64,000 bases of DNA from the human T2T-CHM13v2.0 reference genome, Homo sapiens: assembly GCF_009914755.1 (NCBI RefSeq), contig NC_060926.1. One strand, given 5' to 3'. Below, piece after piece: positions 17,570 to 32,233 of the stretch. The position numbers and the translations under genes were made by a program. Under the pieces are notes generated by a model that saw only the letters and a list, made by a program, of their open reading frames with translations, did no database searches and was not told where the DNA came from. Within the stretch, counting starts at the first letter, position 1, and every line of letters starts with the position of its first letter.

Positions 17570-18150
17570 CTAAACTCTCCAGGAAAAGCCAGTGATTATC
17601 AGACTGGATTAAAATTGTTTTTGGATATATGCTGTTTACAAGAGACAGTTCTAAAATAAGAGGAGGTTAAATGTCAGAAAGAGGAAGAGGAGCCTGTAAA
17701 GAAGACTGTGGCTTCAGTTAGGGGATAATCTGTGTATGGAGTTGTCATGGATTTAGCTAGTTTAAGACGTGGCTCTATTGTCTCCTGACTCTCCTAATTC
17801 TATAATGTTTCTGGCATCTGATTTGCCCACAGTGCTTTTGGAATAGCTTTCCAAGGTATTACTGAAGTGGCTCACTGCCTTCATTCCCTTTTCCCCCCAC
17901 ATAAACCAAATGAAGGAATACCTATTTTGCTCCATTTCTCCACACACCCAGGGTCCCTTCTACCTGTTTATCCCCGTTCTGGCTTGGAGAAACCTCTGCC
18001 CAGCTGTGCAAATGGAAACAGACTGTACAGTTCTTGTTACCTCACATCTTTTTCTCGTGTTTAGGAGAGGTATTATAAAGGAATGTGCAAAAAATCTTGA
18101 ACAGAAGAAACTAATGATGTAAAGGTACTTCAAAGTGTTGTAAGTCCTAG
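17570..18150 (-). pseudogene. PKD-repeat-like fragment of the polycystin-1-like pseudogene
   Basis: ORFs 17960-18163 and 17762-17947 share a frame: FAHSFIIP, YSFIWFMWG..VSHFSNTLESYS..DARNII, then QETI in a shifted frame. Confidence 0.4.
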
Positions 18151-18159
18151 AATTACACT

Positions 18160-18770
18160 TCATTCACTTAAGAAGTATTTATTGAGTAGTGGCTATATGC
18201 TATGGCTCTAGGGCTAGGATACAGTGGTGAGCAAGTAAACAGTATTTGCATATTTGCTCATGTAAGTTAAGGAGAAAAAGTAAAGGGGAATATGAAATGT
18301 GTATTGGGAGTGTGGTTGAAATTTTAGGTAAGGTGGGCAGAGAAGGCCTCTCTGGGAAAGTGAGTTTTAGTAAAAGACTTGAAGGAAGTGGGCGAGCTAG
18401 CCATATAATATCTATGAGAAGAACATTCCTAGTAATGGAAATAGCAAATGCAGAGGCTCTAAGGGAGATGCATACCTGGTGCATTGGAGAAAGTAAGGAG
18501 GCCAGTATATTGGGGCAGAAAAAAAGATGGAACAATAGCATAGTAGATAAGATCAAAGAGCAAAGTCAGGAAGGCCTGGTGATATAGGGCCTGTCGGTCC
18601 AGTAAGGGCTTTTTGGCTTTTGCTGTGGGGCAATTGAAGGCTTTTGAGTAGAGGAATGAGATCATCTGGCTTTACCAGGATCATCATAGTTTCTGTGTTC
18701 AGAATAATTGCAAGGCAAAGGCAGGAGCAGCAAGATTAGTTTAAAGGGTATTAATCCAGTTGAAAGGAAA
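18160..18770 (-). mobile_element. L2
   Basis: cattcacttaagaagtatttattgag tail and gagaaggcctctctggg..agacttgaagg body. Confidence 0.75.
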
Positions 18771-18859
18771 TACAGTATCAAGTAAATATACAGTGTGCTC
18801 AGAATTGTGTGAGAGTGTGTGCGTGTTCAGAGGGAGGGGTGGTAAATTGAAAAAAGAGG

Positions 18860-19080
18860 TTTATTATAAGGTTTGTTACTTGGAATTTTGCCCAGATTAT
18901 GAGCAGCTCCTCAACTCTTTCACTTATTTGTTCCTTGATTCGTGCACTTTAGTAAAATATTCCATGATCTCACATTTGAAAATTTCTACTCCTACTTTCC
19001 TTATCACATAGAAAATATAATAATTCGGTGATACAAGTGATTTTACATAAAAATGCTCCTGTCATAAAAGTGGACAGCAG
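18860..19080 (-). pseudogene. PKD-repeat-like fragment
   Basis: KVGVEI / SNVRS / RIKEQISE across frameshifts resembles a PKD junction VxVxxSNxxS..VxEPI. Confidence 0.35.
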
Positions 19081-19129
19081 TATATACACAGCAGTTAAAT
19101 ATTTTTTAAGTACCCCTGGAACATTTGTG

Positions 19130-19643
19130 AAAAATACAGGTGTACCATTAAAAAAACTTTTTAAATGGTATGCCTGTATAGGGCAGTAACATGAGTGGAG
19201 CTTGCAGGCTGGAAGTTGCTCTGGTTAAGTCAGTGAGTGAGTGGTGAGTGTACAGTAATGTCTTAGGCCTTCACATTTACTCACCACTCACTCACTGACT
19301 TAACCAGAGCAACTTCCAGTCTGCAAGCTCCATTCATGTTAGTGCCCTATACAGACATACCATTTAAAAAGTTTTTTAAATGGTGCACCTGTATTTTTAC
19401 TGCACCTTTTCCAAGTTTACGTATGTTTAGATGCACAAAACCTACCATTGTGTTAGGATTGCCTAAAGTATTCAGTACAGTAACATGCTGTACAGGTTTG
19501 TAGCTTCAGAGCAATAGGCTATACCACATAGCTTAGGTGTGTAGTAGGCTGTACCACCTAGAGTTGTGAAAGTACACTCTTTGATGTTCACACAATGATG
19601 CATTTCTCAGAACGTATCCCTGTCATTAAAGGATGCATGACTG
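19130..19643 (+). mobile_element. Tigger3-derived element with a 120-bp inverted repeat, inside an old L1M
   Basis: 3' terminus ggatgcatgactg followed by TA; arms at 19130-19249 and 19279-19398. Confidence 0.85.
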
Positions 19644-20467
19644 TATAGCCTTAACTGCTTATATCAGCAAAGAAGAACTGCTCAAAATTCAGGAGTTAGA
19701 ACAGAATATACCCAAGGAAAGTGGGAGGAAGGAAATGATAAAGATGGCAGAAACTACTGAAATAGAAAACATTGACTAGAAAGAATCACAAAATCACAAG
19801 TTGTTGATTTGGAAAGTCTAATGAAATAACCAATTTATAGCAAGAATCATTTGGGAACAAAGGAGAAAAGGCACAAATAAATAGTATTGGTAATGAAAAA
19901 TGTACAAGACCATATATTTTGCAGAGATCAATGTAATAAAAAGATATATTAAATTATTGTACTTTAGTAAATTTGAAATCTTAGATGAGATGGATAAATT
20001 CCTGGGTGGGGAGAAAATATTTAAACTCACTTAGGGAGTCTTTAAGTCTTTCAGAGAATGGGAAAGGATGCCGCAGCTCATTTTATGAGGCTAATGTAAC
20101 CAGGGAGCATAAAAGAAAGGAAAATCATAGGCCTATATGCTCCATGAATATACAGAAATCCCATGCAAAACATTAGACCTCCAAAGCCAGAAATATATTT
20201 TAATATAAAGAAGTACATCACGACCTGGTTGGCTATCTCCAAGGAATGTGGAGTTGCTTTAATTTTGGAAAAATCTATTAATTTACCTCATAAGAGATTA
20301 AAGTTTAACAAAAAATCTAAAGAATGTGGGAGAATGGGAAACTCTTAGAAAGTACAAACTAATACAGCCTTTTTGGAATACAATTTGGTATTTTCCGATA
20401 AAGGTGTACATGTACATATCCTATGACCTGGCTATTCCCATCCTAGAAATATTTCCCAGATAAATTA

Positions 20468-21355
<888 letters not shown>

Positions 21356-21774
21356 TTATATAAAAGTAAAAAGACTCACAATACTGTACAATATAAATCT
21401 TTTTTCACTTTTTAGTTGTGGTAACTATATATAACAAAATTTATCATTTCAGACATCTTTAAGTGTACAATTCAGTGCCATTGAGTACATTCACAATATT
21501 GTATAACCATCACTACTGTCCATTTCCAGAACTTTTTCATCATCCCAAGTAGAAACTATCTGTACCCATTAAAAACTCCCCATTCAACCCTTTCCCCAGC
21601 ACCTGGTAACCGCTATTCTGCTTTCTATTTGCCTATTCCTCATATAAGTAGAATCATATAATATTTGTCCTTTTGTGTTTGTTTTTTTCCACTTACCATA
21701 ATGTCATCAAGGTTCATCTATATTGTTGCATACGTCAAAATGTCCTTTTTAAGGCTGAATAGTATTCCATTGGG

Positions 21775-21796
21775 TGTGTGTGTGTGTGTGTGTGTG

Positions 21797-21849
<53 letters not shown>
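21775..21849. repeat. (TG)n(TA)n microsatellite inside an antisense L1MB-like 3' end (~21400-21870)
   Basis: Directly visible. Confidence 0.9.
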
Positions 21850-21853
<4 letters not shown>

Positions 21854-22474
21854 TCTAGTTGATCCATTCATCAGCAGGATATTTTCAAAAAGTGAAGGGA
21901 AAGAGTAATAAAAAATTTAGAATACTGTTTCCTTCTGGAGGAAGGAATGGAAAGGATACAATTTGGGAGGGGACATGCAGCTTGTAAGGTACTGGCAATG
22001 TTCTGTTTCTCAAGCTGGGTGGTGAGTATAGGATATTCATTTTATTATTCTTAAGTTTTATGCTTTATTATGTATATTTCATAATTTTAAAATTCAAATA
22101 TTAATGCCATTAGTTTAATTTTTAGTGTCTTGTAAGAGACCTGATAAAGTATTTGTATATGACAGAATCTTATAGAACAGTCTATGTAATAAAGCCCTCA
22201 AAAATTATAAAAATCTAAGTAAGTTTCTGCACCTTTACCTCTAGTCCTCTTGCATGGGAGAAAGGATTACATTTCTATCATGTGGTTTATTTAATAAAAT
22301 ATTGTAATAAAGTCAGCCAAATATTTTAATAGGAGAGGCATTACATTAATTTTACTTATTGTGGGGTTCATAATAGATGAAAAAGCATACAATGAACTAT
22401 TATTCTGTAAGGAAACTAACTTGAATAATTTGGACAAGAAATGTCCTCTCCATCTTCTTAGAATATGAATTAAA

Positions 22475-23150
<676 letters not shown>

Positions 23151-24425
23151 CAAAAGTTTTTTTTTAACGATGTTTAAAAATATTTATAAAGAAGTCCTGA
23201 GTCTCAGAATATGTTTATTCATTTTTATAATCAGTTCATTTCTTATTAGAAAAATTGTAAGATCTTTCCCCCTTTATGCTCATGTACAGAGAAAACATTT
23301 ATTCACCTGTTGCTTGCATTGTTACTACTTGAATAGCAATGAGAGTCCATAGAGGTGGAGAACTCATTTTAGGTTTGGCTTGAACCTAGTGGGGGTCCAT
23401 GCATAAATTTTAATTATGTAACTACACTATTTTAAAGTAAACATTCTGCATTGAATTGTGCAGTTATCTATTTTTTCTCCTTTCAAGATTGGTGACCCTG
23501 GATGGACTATTTATTAGTGTAATGAACCAGGTTAAATGGTCCATAAAAATTAGTAAACACTGTTTATTGAGTGCTGACTATATGCTAAATACTCTAATTA
23601 TTTTCATGTGTTATTGCAAGAATTTCTCTAGGACATATTTATAGGATGAGAATTGTTGAGTTGTTAAGATTTGCATGTATTCAACTTTACGAGGTAATGT
23701 CAGATTGTTTTTCAAAGTGGCTGTATCAGTTGAAACTCTCCAGCAGTATAAGAGAGTTTGCATTGTTTCACATTCTTATCAACACTTGGTAATGTTCAAC
23801 TTTACAAAATATTTGCCAATCTGAAAGTGTGAAACTGAGGCTTAGATACATGAAGAAATCTGCCAAAGATTAACCAATGAATAAGTGCTGGTGCTACAGT
23901 CGAATCCAGGTTTGTCTGATTCCAACCGCAATAGACTGTATTTCAAAGAAATGGAAATATATAGGCTAAGTCTTTTTATAACAATGAGAATAGTTATGAA
24001 AAATAAGTGACATTTTTAAATTTAAATAATTTTGTGTAAGAACTTAGGGGAAGTGTTTCTGAAAATGTGATTTTAGATTAACTGAATCAGAATTGCCTGG
24101 TAGTAGTGGTGTGTATGTGTGGAGGGGGGATATTACTTTTCAGTAATCAGATTCCTAGGTCCATCTTTAGGTCTACTAATTTAGGATCTCTAGGGGTGGG
24201 ATTCAGGCATTAACATTTTTAATAATGTTTCTTAGTTTTGTTTTTGGTTTTTAATAAACATTGAAGTTTAAGAACCTTTGCTTTAGGGATTTTGAACTAA
24301 TTTCGAAAATACTGCCAGATGCACATACGAACTGATGTTTAAACATAGGCCCAGAGACAGTTATTCAGACAGACATTCAGCACTCACTTTTGTATTGACT
24401 CTTATCTCCAAACTTTCATTTTCTA

Positions 24426-24690
24426 CTAGCTCCTCTTACTCTTTTTTCTCTCATTCTTGTTCTTTTGTCCAACCCACATGTGATCTGAAGTAGCATTAGG
24501 ACCCTGGCAGCAATAATAGTAATTCTCTCTAAACTCTCTCTCTCTCCCTGGCTGATCCCTAGTCCCTTTAAGAAGGACTGTAGGATCCAAAAGACATGCT
24601 TGTTTGAGTGCAGTTATTTCATTCCTCTTATAGAACCGATTATAGCAATGATGTCCATCTTGGGTGGGTACAGATTTAGACTTGGTGGTT
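24426..24690 (-). pseudogene. C-type lectin domain (N-terminal half) exon relic
   Basis: ORF 24426-24701: DGHHCYNRFYKRNEITALKQACL...HMWVG, matching the CTL pattern GxCY..AxxxC..WIG. Possible acceptor ttctttataaccaccaag just before 24680. Confidence 0.55.
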
Positions 24691-27153
24691 ATAAAGAACA
24701 AAAATTCATGGAGTGGGGTTAGAGCTGTGAAAGATCCCCATATTTTCCCTCATTACTATTCTTCTTAAAATGTATTTTCTGAGATAGCTAATTTTAAGGA
24801 GAGAACAATGTCTGAGGTAGCTGGAGAATTACTAGGAACACCATTCAAATTCCTTTTCCCAAAAGGGAGACATTATATCAAGGACATAGTATATTAAGGA
24901 CACAGACTCTAGTGAGGTCCTGTGTTAATTAGTATTGGGAATGGATATCATAGACTAAAAAGAGCTCTAGTCTACTCATCTGCCCAGACCTCAGAAAGGG
25001 CTCTTTGCATTGTTCCTAAGCAAATAATTGCTTAAGTAGTACAGCTAATTGTATTTAGAATTTGGTAGCTTTTATTACCTATTGTTTCAAAGACACTGAT
25101 TTACCAGATGCTTAAAAAACACATTTTTGTTTGCCATGAACCTGAGTTCAGCAGAAAAATTTTTCTACATACTTTTTATTCTAAAAAATGAAATTGGCAG
25201 AATATGATAAAAAATCTAGACTTTTGCAGAAGCATTCTTAAACTAAGTTTTCAAAATTATGCTCATTTCTAAGTTATCTTAATTTTTATAGCTTATTCGG
25301 TTATAAAATTAAATAATTATATTAAGGGATCAATGTCATACTTTGTGAAACAGATTTGTTTAACAAAAACTGAAAATATGTGACAGTTTATATGTCAAGC
25401 TTTCAAAACAGAGGCTTTAAATCCTATATTATATGTAGAAATTGTTAGCTATTCTAAAGGTACAATGAGAGATTATTGTTCATATCAGTGTAATAAATTG
25501 ATACTCTCTGATCATACTTTTTCATTTTGCTCATTGTCAGAACCTTGAACCTTAATCTTATTCTTTGATTGACAGTAGCAACCAGGGAAAGAACACTTGT
25601 ATTGTTTGGTATAGTCACATCTGTTCAACTTGATTCAGTTGAGGATATTTGCATATTCTTAAGTATTTCTTCTGAGAGGGCTTAAATCCTTCTCAAGTGC
25701 TTGATGCATTTTTGAAATTCATTCATAAGGTATCTACATGCACTAATAGTTCTGTATATTATTGCTGTGCATAATCTGACAGATAAGGCCACATTTTAAA
25801 ACAAGGTATTCTTTAGGGATGCTACATTACATTTTTACTTGTTTCGCTGGGTAGAAATATCAGGGTTTTTTTTAAAGGCTGTTTTAATATTTTGATTAAA
25901 TTAGTATGTCCTTATTTTAGGCAAATTTTTCAAACATAGGAGAAATAAAGATTTATTAAATAATAGTTCAAAGGTATTAATGGTAGTTTTTCTTGTCTTG
26001 GTTTGAAAATTGAATAATTTTATGGAAAATAATTATAGAACTTGAATGGATTTCTGTTTAGCCTCCTAATTTTATGGAGAAGGTTACTGAGACTCAAGTT
26101 TTCTGACTTGCTCAAGGTCACACAGCTTGAAAATTAAGGTTTAAATTTTGGTCTTAACTCCCATATCAGTAAACTACAAGAAATAATGGTACATGATTTC
26201 TGATTTATGTTATTTACACATTATCCTACATCTGAAATTTTCCCTTTGCCATAGAACCTGCAGAGATTATGTCTTATTCATCATATCTCCCCAGAATTTA
26301 CACGATGTCTTGTACAAAGTTAATGCACAACCATTATTTTGCTCTCCTGTTTTCATTGTTCTCCTAGGCTATTCTGTAAAGTATAGTTAAGAAACATAAT
26401 AACTTTAGTAATGGAATGTTAAGTACTTTTGATAGCAAATAGGTTTCATTTTGTGTTCTATTTCTGATGAATTGGCAATAGCAATGTTGAGAAGAATTCT
26501 GAGATCTGCTGGAGTCAGTTAGTGGTGTCTGGGCATAGGATCAGAAAGCCAACTGTTTCTTTTATGATATATGTGCTTTTATGGGAGAGACAACTATGGA
26601 CTGAACAATAAAAAAAAGGCCTGGGGAAGAAATAAGACTCAAATTACAGGATACATAGAATTCAGATGTTGTAGACAGAAAAAAAAAAAAGAGGTAGAAT
26701 GCCACCAAGGCTGGAAGTTCTATAAATAATCGTAGGCGTTTAAAAAGGAGAAATATCATTAGGTTACATTAAATATTATCAAAGCAAAGCAAATAACTGT
26801 TGAGTATTTGTTGATGCCTAGCCCTGTATTGGATCCTCTTCTCATAGTAACCCTGGAGACTTTCTGTCCTAGTTTTCATTCCTTGCTTCTCCTTTTCTGG
26901 TGTTTAGGGTTGTTCTAATCTTCTCTTGTTTCTGCCTGGGTTACCGCTTTCCAATTGCATATCTGCCTTACTTATAAATATAACAACTGTGATACAACTT
27001 CATTGTAATTTTATTTAGTTATTGTGTGATAGGAATGTAATAGGAGAAGGAAGTTTTCAATTATTATTTGATTTATTATTAAAATCGTACTTTAAAATGT
27101 TTGGCTATAAAATAACTCAAAATTACATACTTTTTTTTTCTTTAATCTTCCAG

Positions 27154-27335
27154 GAATCCCCTTCTGGTCGAAGGAAAGCTCTTGCTACTAGCAGCATCAA
27201 TATGAAACAGTATGCAAGCCCTATGCCAACTCAGACTGATGTCAAGTTAAAATTCAAGCCATTATCTAAAAAAGTTGTATCTGCCGCTCTTCAGTTTTCA
27301 TTATCTTGCATTTTTCTGAGGGAAGGAAAAGCCAC
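27154..27335 (+). CDS. EHBP1: EHBP1 coding exon (end of NT-C2 domain), 182 nt
   Basis: Polypyrimidine tract + CAG acceptor, AC|GTAAGT donor. Encodes ESPSGRRKALATSSINMKQYASPMPTQTDVKLKFKPLSKKVVSAALQFSLSCIFLREGKA(T), recognised as EHBP1. Confidence 0.95.
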
Positions 27336-28696
27336 GTAAGTTTCTTTTGTCAAATAAGCTTCCTTACATTGTGTTTCAGTACACCATAGCTTTTGACTCA
27401 GTAGACTGGCAATAGTTGAACATCTTACAGCATACCAATCATTTTTGCCATTCTTTGTTTCAGAGGCTGAATTAAGGGAACTCCTTGTTACTTATAAATA
27501 GTCTCTTTTGACTCCAGAGAATGTACAGTAATATAAACGTGAGCACAGCTGGTTTCAAAATTTAAATTGTATATTTTAGGATATTATAAGTGTTTTATAT
27601 TTCAGTGTCTTCAGTGTAGTAGTCTGTACTCTGAGGTACACACAGTTCAATGTGTAGAACTGTTTGATGCAATTGAGACATGAGAGGAACCCAAAACGAA
27701 AAGTTTAGGATAAAAGGGATGAAATAATTAAGGGAACTCTTGCCAAATCATATTCCTTGGCTCAACCTTCCAAAAATCATGTAGGAAGGTACAGTTAGAT
27801 AAGCAGTTTATTGTAATCATTTTCTTTTCAAAAATCACTTCTTAAGCACTGAGTCAGCATTGCACAAAGATTTCTAGATTCCATTCTAGTCTCTTATAAG
27901 AGTAAAATTCTAACTTGACAAAATGAGGTGAACATACCTACAAAGCGGGGAAAAAAGTAAGATTCACCCTGGTTATTGCATACAATCAAGTCAGGGGTAA
28001 GTGAATGTTACGGGTGTTGTGAAAGGGTTCGTACCTACATGGAGTGGAAGATGAAGAGACAGGAGAAATGGAAATTCTATACCTAGACTTAAAAGGTGAG
28101 GGGAAAGAGACAGCTGTGAACATTTTATCTAATCTGAATCACAGTTCTGAATGTATTTGACCTAGTGGAAGGTGGTTACTATAATTGGCCATGTCTACTT
28201 GACTGATTAGACTGGATTCTGTGCGTCAGTCAAAATGAGATGTTTGACACTCATCTACATGGCAACACATGACTTGTGAGATAACAGTAAGCCTCCTCTC
28301 TGGCAAGTTGGATTCTAAGCCAGTGTGGTAGAGAGACAGTGCAGAATGGAAGCATCTTAGTCTTTCATCTCAGGACCTTAAATTATAGACTTAAATACTG
28401 AGTAATTAAAAATAAAGATCTTACCCTGAAGTTTAAGCCAAAACAAAAGGAAAGGAAACACAGGAAGAAGAGACACAAATTCAGAGAAGATCCTTTGAGG
28501 GTGGACTTCCTTCCACTGGGCAAAAGCTGTAAGTGAATCAGCACCATTCACGGGAATCTGGGTGAGAGGAAATTCAGCCAAACCAAATGTCTCAATTTGA
28601 ATTGAAAAGGAATTCTTTCCGAACATCCTAAACTGCCTCTCTACCTCCTCCTTCTTTGCCTGGTTACCTTCCCCAAAGAAAAATGTTCAGGTTTAA

Positions 28697-29042
<346 letters not shown>

Positions 29043-29915
29043 TAATATTTTAAGAATGACATTTTGAAATTGTCTCCTGTTGATAAGAGAGCAATTTGTA
29101 AGACATTCACGTAAGGTAATAACTTTTTTGCTCATGCAAACTTTGTGTCACTAAATTTATTTTAAAAAGGGGAAATGACTTTGTTAACTCTAAGGCTTAT
29201 ATGAGATAAGATGCAAAGAATTTTTTAAAACCAGTTTAGTCTGTAAAGCCATACTATATTTAGAAGATAACGGCGTATTAAGCATTACTTTACAAAGAAA
29301 CAGTATCTTAATTTGGCTTTCTGAATTTGGGGGAAGTATAGCAAAGTAAAAATTAATTTGTAAATAATAGATACATATTTCATTCACTGTAGTTTATTTG
29401 AAATTTAAGGTGAAAATAATACATGATGAAAATATAAATGATTTGACTTTGAGTACTTAATGTAAACTTTATAAATTTGTACTTAAAATACTTAAAACAT
29501 TTAAAAAAAGTTCAGATTTATCAAATACATGGTATTTAACATACAATCATCCAAGGTAGTTTTTTTTATCTTGTAGCTCTTAAAAAGGTTAGACTTTGTT
29601 TTTAAAGTGCTTTTCCTGCTATAATAGTTTCTTAACTTTTGGGCGGTTATGGCCCTGTTGGAAAAACAATATACTTAAGCAAGATTTAAGTGTGATTTAC
29701 AGGGGTTTGCCACTTTGTTTCCCTCTTACCCACAAACTCAAAAGCCTACGTGGACTTCAGATTTAAAATCTTGTTCTAATTCCTTTGGGCAGTTTGAATA
29801 TTTAAACTCTAGATCTTATCTGATTTGCAAACTGTCTCACTGTTTTTGAAACAAGTTTTTGTTTCCAGACTTAATTCTCAGGAAACCATACTTTAATTCC
29901 ATGAAGAAAGTTTTA

Positions 29916-30210
29916 GGCCAGGCACAGTGGTTCACACCTGTAATCCCAACACTTTGGGAGCCTGAGGTGGGACAATCACTTGAGACCAGCCTGAACAACA
30001 TGGCAAGACCCCCCTCTCTACAGAAATTTTAAAAATTAGCTGGGCATTGTGCTCTACACCTGGGGTCCCAGCTACTGAGGAGGCTAAGGCGGGATGATTG
30101 CTTGAGCCCAGGAAGATGCAGTGAGCCATGTTCACACTGCTGTACTCCAGCCAGCCTGGCTTATAGAGTGAGACCCTGTCTTAAAAAAAAGAAAAAAAAA
30201 AAAGAAAAGA
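29916..30210 (+). mobile_element. AluJ
   Basis: Diverged dimer with A tail. Confidence 0.85.
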
Positions 30211-30269
30211 ATATTTTAGTCTTCCATATATATCTACAGCACAGAATCGAACTAATTCCTAACCAGTTA

Positions 30270-30638
30270 AATTTTTTAAATTATGTTATTTCAATAAATA
30301 AGTGAAACAGGTGGTGTTTGGTTGCATAGGAAAGTTCTTTAGTGATGATTTCTGAGATATTGGTGCACCCATCTCTTGAGCAGTGTACACGGTACTCAAT
30401 GTGTAGTCTTTTATCCCTCACACCCCTCCCACTCTTCCACGTAAGTCTCCAAAGTCCATTATATTACTCTTAGGCCTTTGCATCCCCATAGCTTAGCTCC
30501 CACTTACACGTGAGAACATACGATGTTTGGTTTTTCATTCCTGAGTTACTTCACTTAGAATAATGGTCTCCAACTCCATCCAGGTTGCTGCAAATGCCAT
30601 TATTTTGTTCCTTTTTAAGGCTGAGTGGTGTTCTATGT

Positions 30639-30675
<37 letters not shown>

Positions 30676-31221
30676 TATATATAATACTACTATATATAAT
30701 ACATAATACTACTATATATACTACTATATATTATATATAGTGGTATTGTGTATATATAATATATAATATATAATAATATATAAATACGTAATATTTATAA
30801 TTATTTATATATTTATATTATGTATATTATACATATATACTATTATATATATTATACATATACACTATTACTCCTGCAATAGTGGCCATAATTTAAGAAT
30901 AAAAAAAATAGATATTGACATGGATGTGATGAAAAGAGAACAGTTTTACACTGCTGGTGAGAATGTAAACTGGTACAACCACTATGAAAAACAGTATGGA
31001 GATTCCTTAAAGAGTTAAAAAGTAGAACTACCGTCTGATCCAGGAATCCCACTGCAGGGTATCTACCCAGAAAAAAATAAGTTATTACAGGAAAAAGACA
31101 CTTGCACATGCAATGTTTATAGTGGCACAATTTGCAATTGCAAAAATACGGAACCAGCCTAAAAGCTCATTGACCAATGAGTGGATTAAAAATATGTGGT
31201 GCATATATATATATATATATA

Positions 31222-31297
<76 letters not shown>

Positions 31298-31870
31298 CAT
31301 ACACACAATATGGAATACTACTATATATATAATATATATAGCTTGGATTACAGGCGCATGCCACCACGCCCGGCTAATTTTTGTGTTTTTAGTAGAGATG
31401 GGGTTTCACCATGTTGGTTAGGCTGGTCTCGAACTCCTGACCTTGTGATCACCTGCCTCGGCCTCCCAAAGTGCTGGGATTACAGGCATGAGCCACCATG
31501 CCCGGCACATATATCTTCTTTTAAGAATTGTCTATTCATGTCTTTAGCCCACTTTTTGATGGGACTATTTCATTTTTCACTTGTTCATTTGTTTGACTTC
31601 CTTGTAGATTTTGGGTATTAGTCCTTTGTTGGATGCATAGTTTGTGAATATTTTCTCCCACTCTGTGAGTTGTCTGTTTACTCTGCTGATGATTTCTTTT
31701 GCTGTGCAGAAGCTTTTTAGTTTAATAAGGTCCCATCTATTTGTTTTTGTTGCATTTGCTTTGGGGTTCTTGGTCGTGAACTCTTTGCCGAAGCCAATGT
31801 CTAGAAGATTTTTTCCAGTGTTATCTTCTAGAATTTTTATGGCTTCAGGTTTAGATTTAAGTCTTTGATC
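30270..31870 (-). mobile_element. L1PB-like 3' fragment with an internal inverted block, microsatellites and a half Alu (31340-31507)
   Basis: Minus ORF 31577-31921 contains ORF2 C-terminal text ([14 protein letters not shown]), while 30860-31200 reads as L1 on the + strand. Confidence 0.8.
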
Positions 31871-32093
31871 TAACCAGTTAATTTTTAATCTTATTAGCTC
31901 TTTACTAATTAAGCATGCCATTTAAAAATTAATGAATATGAGTATTTAGATTTTTCAATATTCTTGTGCAACTGATAAGAAAGACTTATTGACATACCTT
32001 ATAGAAAGAAGGAATTTATTGTTTTCTTAAGAAACCATCATTTTTCTAACTGTCATTTAGTACAATGTGTTATATTTTGAATCATTGATGTAG

Positions 32094-32233
32094 AGATGAA
32101 GACATGCAAAGTTTGGCTAGTTTGATGAGTATGAAGCAGGCTGACATTGGCAATTTAGATGACTTCGAAGAAGATAATGAAGATGATGATGAGAACAGAG
32201 TGAACCAAGAAGAAAAGGCAGCTAAAATTACAG
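32094..32233 (+). CDS. EHBP1: EHBP1 coding exon, 140 nt
   Basis: TAG acceptor, CAG|GTTGGT donor, phase-compatible with the previous exon. Encodes DEDMQSLASLMSMKQADIGNLDDFEEDNEDDDENRVNQEEKAAKIT. Confidence 0.95.
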
